64,000 bases of DNA from Campylobacteraceae bacterium (GTDB lineage: Bacteria; Campylobacterota; Campylobacteria; Campylobacterales; BB28), in assembly GCA_016744535.1 (NCBI GenBank), contig JADGEE010000001.1, positions 7,284-71,283 of the forward strand, in the 5' to 3' direction. Below, piece after piece: positions 56,219-64,000 of the stretch; positions within the stretch are counted from its first letter, which is position 1, and every line of letters begins with the position of its first letter. Position numbers and translations under genes: made by a program. Under the pieces are notes generated by a model. The model saw only the letters and a list, made by a program, of their open reading frames with translations. It was not told the origin of the DNA and did not search any database.

Positions 56219-56376
56219 AGGTTTCCTTTTAATATTATTTTTTTAGTGCAAATATACTCTACTCTAGCATTTTTTATATCTTCAAAACTCTCTTTTATTT
56301 CAGCTCTTATTTTATTTAACTCTTTTTGTTTTTTATACTCTTTTGAATTTTTATCAATTTTTAGTTTTTGTTGCAT
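56215..56376 (-). CDS. 53-aa Lys/Glu-rich protein translationally coupled to the glycosyltransferase
   Basis: MQQKLKIDKNSKEYKKQKELNKIRAEIKESFEDIKNARVEYICTKKIILKGNL. AGGA SD 7 nt upstream. Its TGA overlaps the TTG start of the GT4 gene (TTGA). Confidence 0.3.
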   Translation of the reverse strand: MQQKLKIDKNSKEYKKQKELNKIRAEIKESFEDIKNARVEYICTKKIILKGNL

Positions 56377-56499
56377 TGTTATTCCTAATGAATCTATAAA
56401 TTTTATTTTGATTAGTTTTACAAAAATTTACTATATTAAATATTAAAATGAGGTTTTTTTAGAAGATTAAAAGTATTTTATGATAATAAATTTCATATC

Positions 56500-56544
56500 G
56501 TAAAGTCGAATTTATTCGACATTGTCGGCTAAAGCCGACTTTAC
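56500..56544. other. GC-rich nested inverted-repeat element (two 6-bp hairpins inside a 5-9 bp outer stem)
   Basis: GTAAA GTCGAA-ttta-TTCGAC att GTCGGC-taaa-GCCGAC TTTAC. An alternative 9-bp pairing is GTAAAGTCG/CGACTTTAC. It is intergenic, downstream of the 195-aa minus-strand gene. Confidence 0.45.
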
Positions 56545-56601
56545 AAAAATTAATAAACTATAATTCCCAGTAAAAAAAGTGAATCGATTATTGCTATTAA
56601 A

Positions 56602-57189
56602 CTATTTATCATTACTTTGTTTTGATTCTTGATTGTTTGAATTTGAGTTACCACTATTTGTAGGTTTTGGATTAACTGGCTTCATACTTGAACCTAATCC
56701 ATTAACACTACTATTTACTTTTATATCGTTTCCTTTAAAATTAATACCACCACTTTTCGTTGTTTTACTCAATTTGTCCTCCATTTCATTTAAATTAAAC
56801 TTATCAACAACTGTCATTATAGCAAATAATAAACTAAAAATTATCCCTAATTTAAAAGAAATATCTTTCAAATTATCTAACTTATCTAACTTTGGAGAAT
56901 CATCATAATTACCTTGTAAAATTTCTTGTAAATATTTTCTATTCTCTTTAAAAATTTCTAATACTATCCAACTTGTAGCTAAAAAGAATAAAATAGAAAG
57001 TGAAATAAATAATAAAATAACTATGTCAATTTTACTAATTAATTGTAGATATTTTACTATATAAGTAATATAACCACCAACTGAAGCAACCGATAGAGTG
57101 ATTATTATTTTATCTAACTCTAAAGAGTTATTCACAAAACCACTTAAAGCTACTTTGTGTATCTCTTGTGCTTTAAAGTTATCATTCAT
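56602..57189 (-). CDS. 195-aa membrane protein (3 TM helices) with Asn/Ser/Lys-rich low-complexity tail
   Basis: Hydrophobic helices. The tail reads PVNPKPTNSGNSNSNNQESKQSNDK. Its start lies 3 nt after the upstream gene stop. Confidence 0.5.
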   Translation of the reverse strand: MNDNFKAQEIHKVALSGFVNNSLELDKIIITLSVASVGGYITYIVKYLQLISKIDIVILLFISLSILFFLATSWIVLEIFKENRKYLQEILQGNYDDSPKLDKLDNLKDISFKLGIIFSLLFAIMTVVDKFNLNEMEDKLSKTTKSGGINFKGNDIKVNSSVNGLGSSMKPVNPKPTNSGNSNSNNQESKQSNDK

Positions 57190-57191
57190 AT

Positions 57192-57719
57192 CTATTTTAT
57201 AATCCCTTTCTCCAACAAATAACCTGTTAATTTTTCCATAGCTTGATTATGATTTTTAATAAAATCGTTATGTGCATTTTTATCTGTGTAGTTTGTAACT
57301 ACGAATATCCCTTTAACTGAAATTTCAAACTCTTGTGCCACTTTTAAAACTGAAAAAAACTCCATATTTTCTAATTTTATATTAAAATTTTTAAATTTTT
57401 GGCTCAAATCGAAATTAGTGCTTATATAATTACTAGAATTTACTATTATAGAATTTTCTTTTAAACTCACAACATTATCAATTGGTGTATAAGAGTTATT
57501 TTCTAAAAAAGAAAGTTCAACATTAGATGCTGAAAAAGATTCAATAATATCAAAAATTTCAAACTCTTTTGAGTAACTTCCTGCACTTCCAATAAATATT
57601 AAAAATTCAGGTCTATCAAGTAGACAAAGTTTTGTTAAATTAATTGCACTATCTATTAAACCAACTCCGATTGGGTGTGCAAATTTAAATGTTTCGTTAT
57701 TTCCTGCCGAAATTAACAT
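57192..57719 (-). CDS. short PNP_UDP_1-family nucleosidase/phosphorylase-like protein (futalosine/MTA nucleosidase-like)
   Basis: GVGLIDSA...IFIGSAGS...ENMEFFSV blocks resemble the nucleoside phosphorylase-I fold. At 175 aa it is shorter than typical members. Confidence 0.45.
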   Translation of the reverse strand: MLISAGNNETFKFAHPIGVGLIDSAINLTKLCLLDRPEFLIFIGSAGSYSKEFEIFDIIESFSASNVELSFLENNSYTPIDNVVSLKENSIIVNSSNYISTNFDLSQKFKNFNIKLENMEFFSVLKVAQEFEISVKGIFVVTNYTDKNAHNDFIKNHNQAMEKLTGYLLEKGIIK

Positions 57720-57797
57720 TTTTATACTCCATTTTTTTTAAATTATTTAAGAGATTATACAGTAAAATTAATAAGAAATATTTAAGGATAAATATAA

Positions 57798-58226
57798 ATG
57801 AGTTATTTAAATTGGTTTAAAAATCACGGAAAAAAACATAAAAAAATTGTAGATAAGTTATTAAAAAATAACTTAAATAAAGATGAAATAATAGATTATT
57901 TTGAGTATGAAAATTTAAAAAAAAATGAACCTAGTTTTTGCCCTCTATTTGCTAAAAATAAAAAATGTCATAATATAAAATATCTAAATTGTTATTTATG
58001 CGGTTGTCCAAATTTTCGATTTAAAGATGTTGGTTTTAAAAAAGAGGATAATAAGATTCTTTATAGCTATTGTTATATTAATTCAAAAGATGGTAAAAAA
58101 TTTATTAATGAGAGTGCAGTTCATCAAAATTGTAGTGATTGTATAATTCCACACTTAAAAGAGTATATAAAAAAATATTTTTCATTAGATTGGTTTGAGA
58201 TGATGAATAAAAATTATAAAGATTAA
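57798..58226 (+). CDS. cysteine-rich putative metal-binding protein
   Basis: FCPLF...KCH...NCYLCGCPNF...YCY...NCSDCIIPH. Resembles the cysteine-rich small domain family (tentative). Confidence 0.45.
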   Translation: MSYLNWFKNHGKKHKKIVDKLLKNNLNKDEIIDYFEYENLKKNEPSFCPLFAKNKKCHNIKYLNCYLCGCPNFRFKDVGFKKEDNKILYSYCYINSKDGKKFINESAVHQNCSDCIIPHLKEYIKKYFSLDWFEMMNKNYKD

Positions 58227-58288
58227 GAAAAGTCTTATATTTTTTAGTTATAATACCGCTGTACTTTTAAGAAGTATATAGCCAATAC

Positions 58289-58365
58289 GCGGGAATAGCT
58301 CAGCTGGCTAGAGCATCAGCCTTCCAAGCTGAGGGTCGCCGGTTCGAATCCGGTTTCCCGCTCCA
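58289..58365 (+). tRNA. tRNA-Gly (anticodon UCC), CCA encoded
   Basis: GCGGGAA acceptor stem pairing with TTCCCGC. D-arm AGCTCAGCTGGCTAGAGC. Anticodon loop CTTCCAA. T-arm GGTTCGAATCC. 3' TCCA. Confidence 0.9.
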
Positions 58366-58437
58366 CTTGTCTAAAAATAATCAAACTTAAAAATTAATAC
58401 TAATTATAAATAATCAAGCTTTTTAAAAATTAAACTT

Positions 58438-58446
58438 TGTTATAAT
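58438..58446 (+). promoter_or_regulatory. extended -10 box TGTTATAAT upstream of glmM
   Basis: Exact TGnTATAAT 32 nt upstream of the ATG at 58478. Confidence 0.35.
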
Positions 58447-58477
58447 TTCATATATAAAAAATATGAAAAGGTTTTAG

Positions 58478-59812
58478 ATGAAACTATTTGGAACTGATGG
58501 AGTTAGAGGAAAAGCTGGAAAAGATATAACAGCTACTGTGGCTCTTAGACTTGCTATGGCTATTGGAATTTACTTTAGAAAAGTTTCTAAAACAAATAAA
58601 ATTTTAGTCGGTAAAGATACGAGAAAAAGTGGTTATATGATAGAAAATGCGATTGTAAGCGGACTTACAGCAGTTGGATATGATGTAATTCAAATAGGTC
58701 CTATGCCAACTCCTGCAATTGCTTTTTTAACAGAGGATTTAAGATGTGATGGTGGAATTATGATTAGTGCTAGTCATAATCCATATTGTGATAATGGAAT
58801 TAAATTTTTTGATAAATTTGGAAATAAATTAAATTCTAAAGATGAAGAGAATATAGAGATAATTTATAGAGATTCTAACTTAATTGATAATGCACATACA
58901 GTTGATAGAGATATTGGTTTATCTAAGAGAATTGATGATGTGATTGGAAGATATATTGTACATATTAAAAACTCTTTTCCAAAAAATTTAACTCTTAATG
59001 GTATTAGAGTCGTAATTGATTGTGCTAATGGTGCTGGATACAAGGTTGCCCCTACAATATTTAGAGAATTAGGTGCTGAAATAATTGTAATTAATGATAA
59101 ACCTGATGGATATAATATTAATGAAGATAGTGGAGCTACTTCTCCTTTAACACTCTCAAATAGAGTAAAAGAGTATAGAGCTGATATAGGTTTTGCACTT
59201 GATGGTGATGCTGATAGATTAGTTGTAGTTGATGAGAAGGGCAAAGTTATTGATGGTGATAAATTATTAGGAGCATTAGCAGTATATTTAAAGAGTGAAA
59301 ATAAGTTAAAAAATAGTGCTGTTGTAGCAACTGTTATGAGTAATCAAGCCTTAGAAGATTACTTAAAAGAAAATAGTATAAAATTATTTAGATGTTCAGT
59401 TGGAGATAAGTATGTATTAGAAGAGATGCAAAAGCATAACTTAAACTTTGGTGGAGAACAAAGCGGACATATTATATTTAGTGATTTTGCAAAAACTGGA
59501 GATGGTTTGTTAAGTGCATTACAAGTTATGGCTTATGTTATTAAAAGTTCTAAACAAGCAAGTGAGCTTTTAAATCCATTTAAATTATATCCCCAAATTC
59601 TTAAAAATTTAGCAGTAGATGAGAAAATTCCATTAGATAAAATAAAAGGAGTTGATAAGCTCTTAAAAGATGTAGAAGCAAAAAATATTAGACACTTAAT
59701 TAGATACTCTGGAACAGAAAACAAACTTAGAATTTTGCTTGAGGGAAAAGATGAGAAAGCTGTATCAGAACAGATGGATATATTGGTCCCTTTTTTTAAA
59801 AATAAAATTTAA
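58478..59812 (+). CDS. glmM: phosphoglucosamine mutase
   Basis: [11 protein letters not shown]. Active-site SASHNP. DGDADR. GGEQSGH. Confidence 0.95.
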   Translation: MKLFGTDGVRGKAGKDITATVALRLAMAIGIYFRKVSKTNKILVGKDTRKSGYMIENAIVSGLTAVGYDVIQIGPMPTPAIAFLTEDLRCDGGIMISASHNPYCDNGIKFFDKFGNKLNSKDEENIEIIYRDSNLIDNAHTVDRDIGLSKRIDDVIGRYIVHIKNSFPKNLTLNGIRVVIDCANGAGYKVAPTIFRELGAEIIVINDKPDGYNINEDSGATSPLTLSNRVKEYRADIGFALDGDADRLVVVDEKGKVIDGDKLLGALAVYLKSENKLKNSAVVATVMSNQALEDYLKENSIKLFRCSVGDKYVLEEMQKHNLNFGGEQSGHIIFSDFAKTGDGLLSALQVMAYVIKSSKQASELLNPFKLYPQILKNLAVDEKIPLDKIKGVDKLLKDVEAKNIRHLIRYSGTENKLRILLEGKDEKAVSEQMDILVPFFKNKI

Positions 59813-59824
59813 TTGGAGAGTTAA

Positions 59825-60535
59825 ATGAAAAAATACTTTTTTATAATGATTTTATTAACTTCTACTATTATAGCAAATGGCTTTCCAAGCTGGTATTATG
59901 AGATAAAAGATGTAAAAATTAAAAAAGCCAAATTTATAGAGATTTTAAAACCTATGATAGATCTTGCAAATTCTCAAATAGAAGAAGATAAAAAATTTAT
60001 AAGAGAGTTTTTTTCAAAAGAGTTTTTACTAAATTTTAATAAAAAAATGACACAAGATAAGAAAATAAATCTTCTTAAAATTGCTAAAAAATATGGAATA
60101 GAAAAACTCTATAATAGAGAAGATTTTTTTAAAAAAATTGATACAGTGCCAGTCTCATTAGCCATAGCACAAGCAGCGATTGAGAGTGCTTGGGGAAATA
60201 GTAGATTTACAAAAATTGCAAATAATATATTTGGGCAATGGACTTTTAAAGGTAAAGGAGTTGTACCTAAAAATAGAGATAGTGGTAAAAAACATAAGAT
60301 AAAAATTTTTGATTCTCTTCAAGATTCTATAACAGGCTATCTACTTAATTTAAATACACATTTTGCTTATAAAGAGTTTAGAGATTTAAGATATAAAACA
60401 AAATCACAAAATAAAAAATTTGATGGTTTAATTGCTTCAAAAACATTAAGTATGTATGCAGAGACTAGAGAAGAGTATATAAGATTATTAAAACAAGTTA
60501 TTACAAAAAATAATTTACTAATTTACAAAAAATAA
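59825..60535 (+). CDS. glucosaminidase-domain protein (Bax/FlgJ C-terminal-like muramidase)
   Basis: Signal peptide. LAIAQAAIESAWGNSRF...NNIFGQW are hallmark motifs. Confidence 0.8.
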   Translation: MKKYFFIMILLTSTIIANGFPSWYYEIKDVKIKKAKFIEILKPMIDLANSQIEEDKKFIREFFSKEFLLNFNKKMTQDKKINLLKIAKKYGIEKLYNREDFFKKIDTVPVSLAIAQAAIESAWGNSRFTKIANNIFGQWTFKGKGVVPKNRDSGKKHKIKIFDSLQDSITGYLLNLNTHFAYKEFRDLRYKTKSQNKKFDGLIASKTLSMYAETREEYIRLLKQVITKNNLLIYKK

Positions 60536-60589
60536 TTTACTAATTTATGATGATATTTTAAGTAATTGATATTACAAAGAGGAGATAAA

Positions 60590-61051
60590 ATGTTAGATTA
60601 TGATTTTTCAAAAGGGCATATAGGAATAAATCTGTATTCTGCTTTAATTAGTAAAGAGTTGAGCGAAGAGGAGAAAGCAAAGTTAATTGCAGAAGCTGTG
60701 GAGGAAGTTGCAAAAAAGTTTCCAAATTTAGAAAAGCTCTCAACTAAAGATGATATTGAGCTTAATAAGCTTCAACTTCAAAAAGAGATAAAAGATGTTG
60801 AACTTAAATTAACTAAAGAGATAAAAGATGTTGAACTTAAAATAACAGAGTTAGATACTAAATTAACAAAAGAGATAAAAGAGTTAGATATTAAATTAAC
60901 AAAAGAGATAAAAGATTTAGACATTAAATTGACTAAAGAGATTGAAGGTGCTAAGAGTACTTTTATAAAATGGAGTTTTGGTTTTTGGGTTTCTCAAATG
61001 TTAGCATTAATGGGGATTGGTTTTATGGTTTTTAGAGTTATTAATCAGTAA
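60590..61051 (+). CDS. C-terminally membrane-anchored coiled-coil protein with 11-aa tandem repeats (DUF1640-like)
   Basis: The ATG at 60590 follows a GAGGAG SD. Repeats of KEIKD(V/L)(E/D)(L/I)K(L/I)T. C-terminal TM helix WVSQMLALMGIGFMVF. Confidence 0.65.
   Translation: MLDYDFSKGHIGINLYSALISKELSEEEKAKLIAEAVEEVAKKFPNLEKLSTKDDIELNKLQLQKEIKDVELKLTKEIKDVELKITELDTKLTKEIKELDIKLTKEIKDLDIKLTKEIEGAKSTFIKWSFGFWVSQMLALMGIGFMVFRVINQ
60782..60943 (+). repeat. in-frame 33-nt tandem repeat array (4 full units, one 21-nt unit, one partial unit)
   Basis: AAAGAGATAAAAGATGTTGAACTTAAATTAACT-type units at 60782, 60815, 60869 and 60902. A short unit lies at 60848 and a partial one at 60935. Confidence 0.85.
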
Positions 61052-61120
61052 AATATTTTATTTTAGATTCCAAACTTGTTTCAGGGTCTAGTTTTCAATA
61101 AAAAACGGGGGGGTAAAAAA

Positions 61121-61387
61121 ATGAAAAGTCTTATATATATGTTGGTTTTATTCTCTTTTTTTGGGTGTGCAAAGCAATCTAATATATCAACTTTTAAATA
61201 TACTGCTAATCCTATTGTTAAAGTTGTTCAAAAACCAGTAAAATCAAATGTTAATGAAAGTATTTTATCCCAAAATTCAGTAAAAAGGTTTATAAGAAAT
61301 GATAAATTAAATGTAGTATTTGATAGAGAAAAAAATCTTATATGGCAAGATGAGTTAAAAAGTTTAGGAAATATAGAGTTAATTTAA
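61121..61387 (+). CDS. small lipoprotein, possibly a truncated DUF1566-type protein
   Basis: The ATG at 61121 gives the lipobox LFSFFGC. The C-terminal VFDREKNLIWQDE resembles the start of a DUF1566 domain but the ORF stops 13 aa later. Confidence 0.45.
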   Translation: MKSLIYMLVLFSFFGCAKQSNISTFKYTANPIVKVVQKPVKSNVNESILSQNSVKRFIRNDKLNVVFDREKNLIWQDELKSLGNIELI

Positions 61388-61605
61388 TGTTTTCAAATGA
61401 GATGATAAACACAAGAGCCTTTAAAGTTCCAAATATGAGAGCAGTGAGTTTAAATAATAGAGAGTATAAATTATTTTAGAAAATCAGAAGATATTTTAAA
61501 TGAACAAAATATCAATTATAACTTTGATAAATTTATAAAACTATTTGATAAAGAGTTAAGCTATAATTCAATTTTAATTTATACGAAAAAACTTAAAGGA
61601 AATTT

Positions 61606-61992
61606 ATGAAATATGGTGAAAAAGAGATAAAAGAGTTTAGTGTTGAAAATTTAGAAATTTGGCCTAATAAACACAAAAAAAATTATAAAATTAAAATTAT
61701 TTTACCTGAATTAATTACAAGATGTCCAAGGAGCGGTTATCCTGATTTTGCAAAAGTATATTTAGATTATATTCCTAATGAATCTGTTGTAGAGTTAAAA
61801 GCTGTAAAACTTTATATTAATTCATTTATAGATAAATATATCTCCCACGAAGATGTAATAAATGAAATTTATGACACTTTGTATTCTAAGTTAAAACCTA
61901 AATGGATAAAAATTGTAGGGGATTTTAACCCTAGAGGAAATGTTCATACTGTAATAGAGATAGATAGCGATAATGTTAAAAAAAAATTTTAA
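61606..61992 (+). CDS. queF: NADPH-dependent 7-cyano-7-deazaguanine (preQ0) reductase, unimodular type
   Basis: ELITRCPRSGYPDFAKVYLDYIPNE..VELKAVKLYINSF...HE. Size 128 aa. Confidence 0.9.
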   Translation: MKYGEKEIKEFSVENLEIWPNKHKKNYKIKIILPELITRCPRSGYPDFAKVYLDYIPNESVVELKAVKLYINSFIDKYISHEDVINEIYDTLYSKLKPKWIKIVGDFNPRGNVHTVIEIDSDNVKKKF

Positions 61993-62002
61993 AGGAAAAG
62001 AT

Positions 62003-62254
62003 ATGACAAATATTCAAAAATTAGAAGAATTATTAACAAAAGAGGTTTTACTTGAAATAGAAGAACATATAGATGAAATTTTTGAATTAATCGCTTCTAA
62101 AAAAGCTACTGACGAAGATAAAAATGAATTAAGTGAAGTAAAAGAGTTACAAGATGGATTTAAAGATATGCTTCAAGAGCTTCAAGCTGGTGAAATAGAT
62201 GAAGATGAAGCTTTAGAAATTATGAATGATATAATTTCTATGAGACAAGAGTAA
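62003..62254 (+). CDS. 83-aa acidic helical hypothetical protein
   Basis: The ATG at 62003 follows an AAAGGAAAAG SD. Highly Glu/Asp-rich. The track start at 61973 overlaps queF. Confidence 0.5.
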   Translation: MTNIQKLEELLTKEVLLEIEEHIDEIFELIASKKATDEDKNELSEVKELQDGFKDMLQELQAGEIDEDEALEIMNDIISMRQE

Positions 62255-62294
62255 TTAATAAATAAAATAATTATTTATTATAATTGGATATTAA

Positions 62295-64000
62295 ATGAGT
62301 AAAAATTCAAAAAGTTTAATTAAAATGCTTTTTAGTAGTATTTTTTTTATAGGCTTTATATCAATTGTTATAACTTCATCTTTTTGGATTTATCATAAAT
62401 ATAGTGATTTTCAAGAAGATATAAAAGAGTTAAGAGCTAATTATATAAATTCTAATAAAAATAGAATAAAAGATGAAGTTAATAAAGTATTAAATTATAT
62501 AAATTTTAAAAAATCAAAAGTTAAAAATAAATTAAAAAAAACTCTAAAGAGAAGAGTATATCAAGCTTATAATACTGCAAAAGCAATTTATGAAGAGAAT
62601 AAAAATATTAAAAGTGATGATGAAATTAAATATATGATAGTTTCAGCACTTAAATATATTAGCTTTAGCAATAAAAGAGCATATTATTTTATAAATACTA
62701 ATGATGGCAAAGCTGTACTTTTTAATACAAAATCAAAATTAGATAAAAATATAAGTGTTTGGGATCTAAAAGATAAAAAAGGTAAATATATAATTAGAAG
62801 ACAAGCAAAAATTGCAAAAGAAGATGAAGAAGATTTTTTAATAAATTATTTTATAAAACCAGATGAGAGTAGTGGTGAAGAGTATCCGAAAATCTCTTTT
62901 GTGAAAATGTTTAAACCTTTTAATTGGCATATTGGTACGGGAGAGTATTTAGATGATTTTAGAAAAGATATACAACAAGAAATATTAGATAGGATTTCAA
63001 ATATTAGATTTGGAAAAGAGGGTTATATTTTTGTAAATAGAATAGATGGAAGTGCATTGGTTTTTAATGGTAAAAAATTAGATAAGCCTAAATTTTGGGG
63101 TAATTTTAAAGATATAAATGGAGTAAAAGTGTTTCAAGAGGAGTTAAAAGCATCACAAAAACCTGAAGGAGATTATTTTCATTACACTTTTAAAAAATTA
63201 ACTAATGATTCTTATGTGCCTAAAATTGGATTTGCGAAACAGTTAAAAGAGTGGGAGTGGATTATAGGAAGTGGTATTTATGTAGATGAGATTAATAAAA
63301 TCATTAAAGAAAGAGAGACTCAATTAAGAGAAGATATAAAAATAAATATTTTAACTATTTTTATATTTCTACTATTTTTGACAGTTATTATTTTCTTTTT
63401 TTCAAAATCAATTACAAATTATATAAACTTTAATATTAAAATTTTAAACAAATTTTTTGAAGAAGCATCAAATAAATCAATAGAGATAGATAGAGAAAAG
63501 CTCAACTTTTTAGAATTTAAAACTTTAGCAGATTCTCTTAATAGTATGCTTCACAAGAGAAATTTAGCAGAAAATAATTTAAAAGAGTTAAATTTAGTTC
63601 TTGAAGATAGAGTCAAGAATGAGACAGAAAAAAGTTTAGAGAAAGAGAGACTTTTAACTCAACAGAGTAAAATGGCTTTAATGGGAGAGATGATAAATTC
63701 AATAGCACACCAATGGAGGCAACCACTAAATGCACTAGGATTAACTATCCAAAAATTAAAACTTTTTTATAATAGAGATAGGCTTAATGAAGATAGTATT
63801 AATGATATAGTGTTAAAATCTATGAAGCAAATAAATTATATGTCAAAAACAATTGATGACTTTAGGAATTTTTTTAAATCAGATAAGAGTGCTGAAGAGT
63901 TTTTAATAAATGATGTAATATATGATTCTATTTCCATTATAGAAGCACAATTAAAATATCATAATATTAAAACTAAAATAGATGGAGAAAAATTAAATTT
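62295..64000 (+). CDS. sensor histidine kinase with periplasmic tandem Cache-like domain, 3' end outside the window
   Basis: Open frame from the ATG at 62295 to the window end (absent from the track because it has no stop). TM1 near the N-terminus. sCache_2-type signatures FNWHIGTGEYLDD and EWEWIIGSGIYVDE. TM2 ILTIFIFLLFLTVIIFFF. H-box MGEMINSIAHQWRQPLN. Confidence 0.8.
   Translation, partial: MSKNSKSLIKMLFSSIFFIGFISIVITSSFWIYHKYSDFQEDIKELRANYINSNKNRIKDEVNKVLNYINFKKSKVKNKLKKTLKRRVYQAYNTAKAIYEENKNIKSDDEIKYMIVSALKYISFSNKRAYYFINTNDGKAVLFNTKSKLDKNISVWDLKDKKGKYIIRRQAKIAKEDEEDFLINYFIKPDESSGEEYPKISFVKMFKPFNWHIGTGEYLDDFRKDIQQEILDRISNIRFGKEGYIFVNRIDGSALVFNGKKLDKPKFWGNFKDINGVKVFQEELKASQKPEGDYFHYTFKKLTNDSYVPKIGFAKQLKEWEWIIGSGIYVDEINKIIKERETQLREDIKINILTIFIFLLFLTVIIFFFSKSITNYINFNIKILNKFFEEASNKSIEIDREKLNFLEFKTLADSLNSMLHKRNLAENNLKELNLVLEDRVKNETEKSLEKERLLTQQSKMALMGEMINSIAHQWRQPLNALGLTIQKLKLFYNRDRLNEDSINDIVLKSMKQINYMSKTIDDFRNFFKSDKSAEEFLINDVIYDSISIIEAQLKYHNIKTKIDGEKLN

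Noticed and set aside
56246-56446. 66-aa plus-strand ORF upstream of the glycosyltransferase
   Set aside because: It is an F/I/S-rich frame without an SD. The opposite strand holds a more plausible K/E-rich ORF with an SD and start/stop coupling to the GT4 gene.
61388-61605. preQ1 riboswitch upstream of queF
   Set aside because: I could not find the conserved C-rich preQ1-I core or an A-rich tail pseudoknot arrangement. The region is almost pure A/T.

Overview
This is a very AT-rich bacterial chromosomal window, densely coded on both strands. TTG/GTG starts and 1-11 nt gene overlaps are frequent. Gene content suggests Campylobacterota, perhaps Arcobacter-like. The clues are napF-napL-napD, a SurA-like chaperone next to dapD, many PAS/Cache signalling proteins and recurrent TGTTATAAT extended -10 boxes, so this placement is inference only.

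Housekeeping genes recognised from the translations: yidD, dapD, murG, ribE, uppP, prfA, rpsT, nrdB, rpe, trpF, metY, a ymdB-like gene, bioB, PBP1A, glmM, queF and one tRNA-Gly(UCC).

Several accessory blocks sit between them:
1. An MSHA-like secretin/assembly operon without an ATPase or pilins (1519-6479).
2. A SiaABC-like Ser/Thr partner-switch cluster with unusual fusions and an HD-GYP plus histidine-kinase output (9184-15282).
3. A RelE/ParE toxin-antitoxin pair, an XRE regulator and two secreted proteins sharing a C-terminal domain (15303-18053).
4. A ribE-coupled three-gene module (19154-24076): a degenerate DAC/DisA_N-like protein, an unknown helical protein and an 847-aa dynamin-like GTPase. 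I rate this the best candidate for an undescribed system.
5. A xenobiotic-type enzyme operon, then an AraC regulator with secreted proteins including an ankyrin-repeat protein (28705-35846).
6. A stand-alone napFLD.
7. A small decayed island with an ATPase fragment and an unknown two-gene module (47884-49269).

I saw no rRNA, CRISPR array, transposase or integrase. All function calls come from reading the supplied translations and motifs by eye; no database search was possible.
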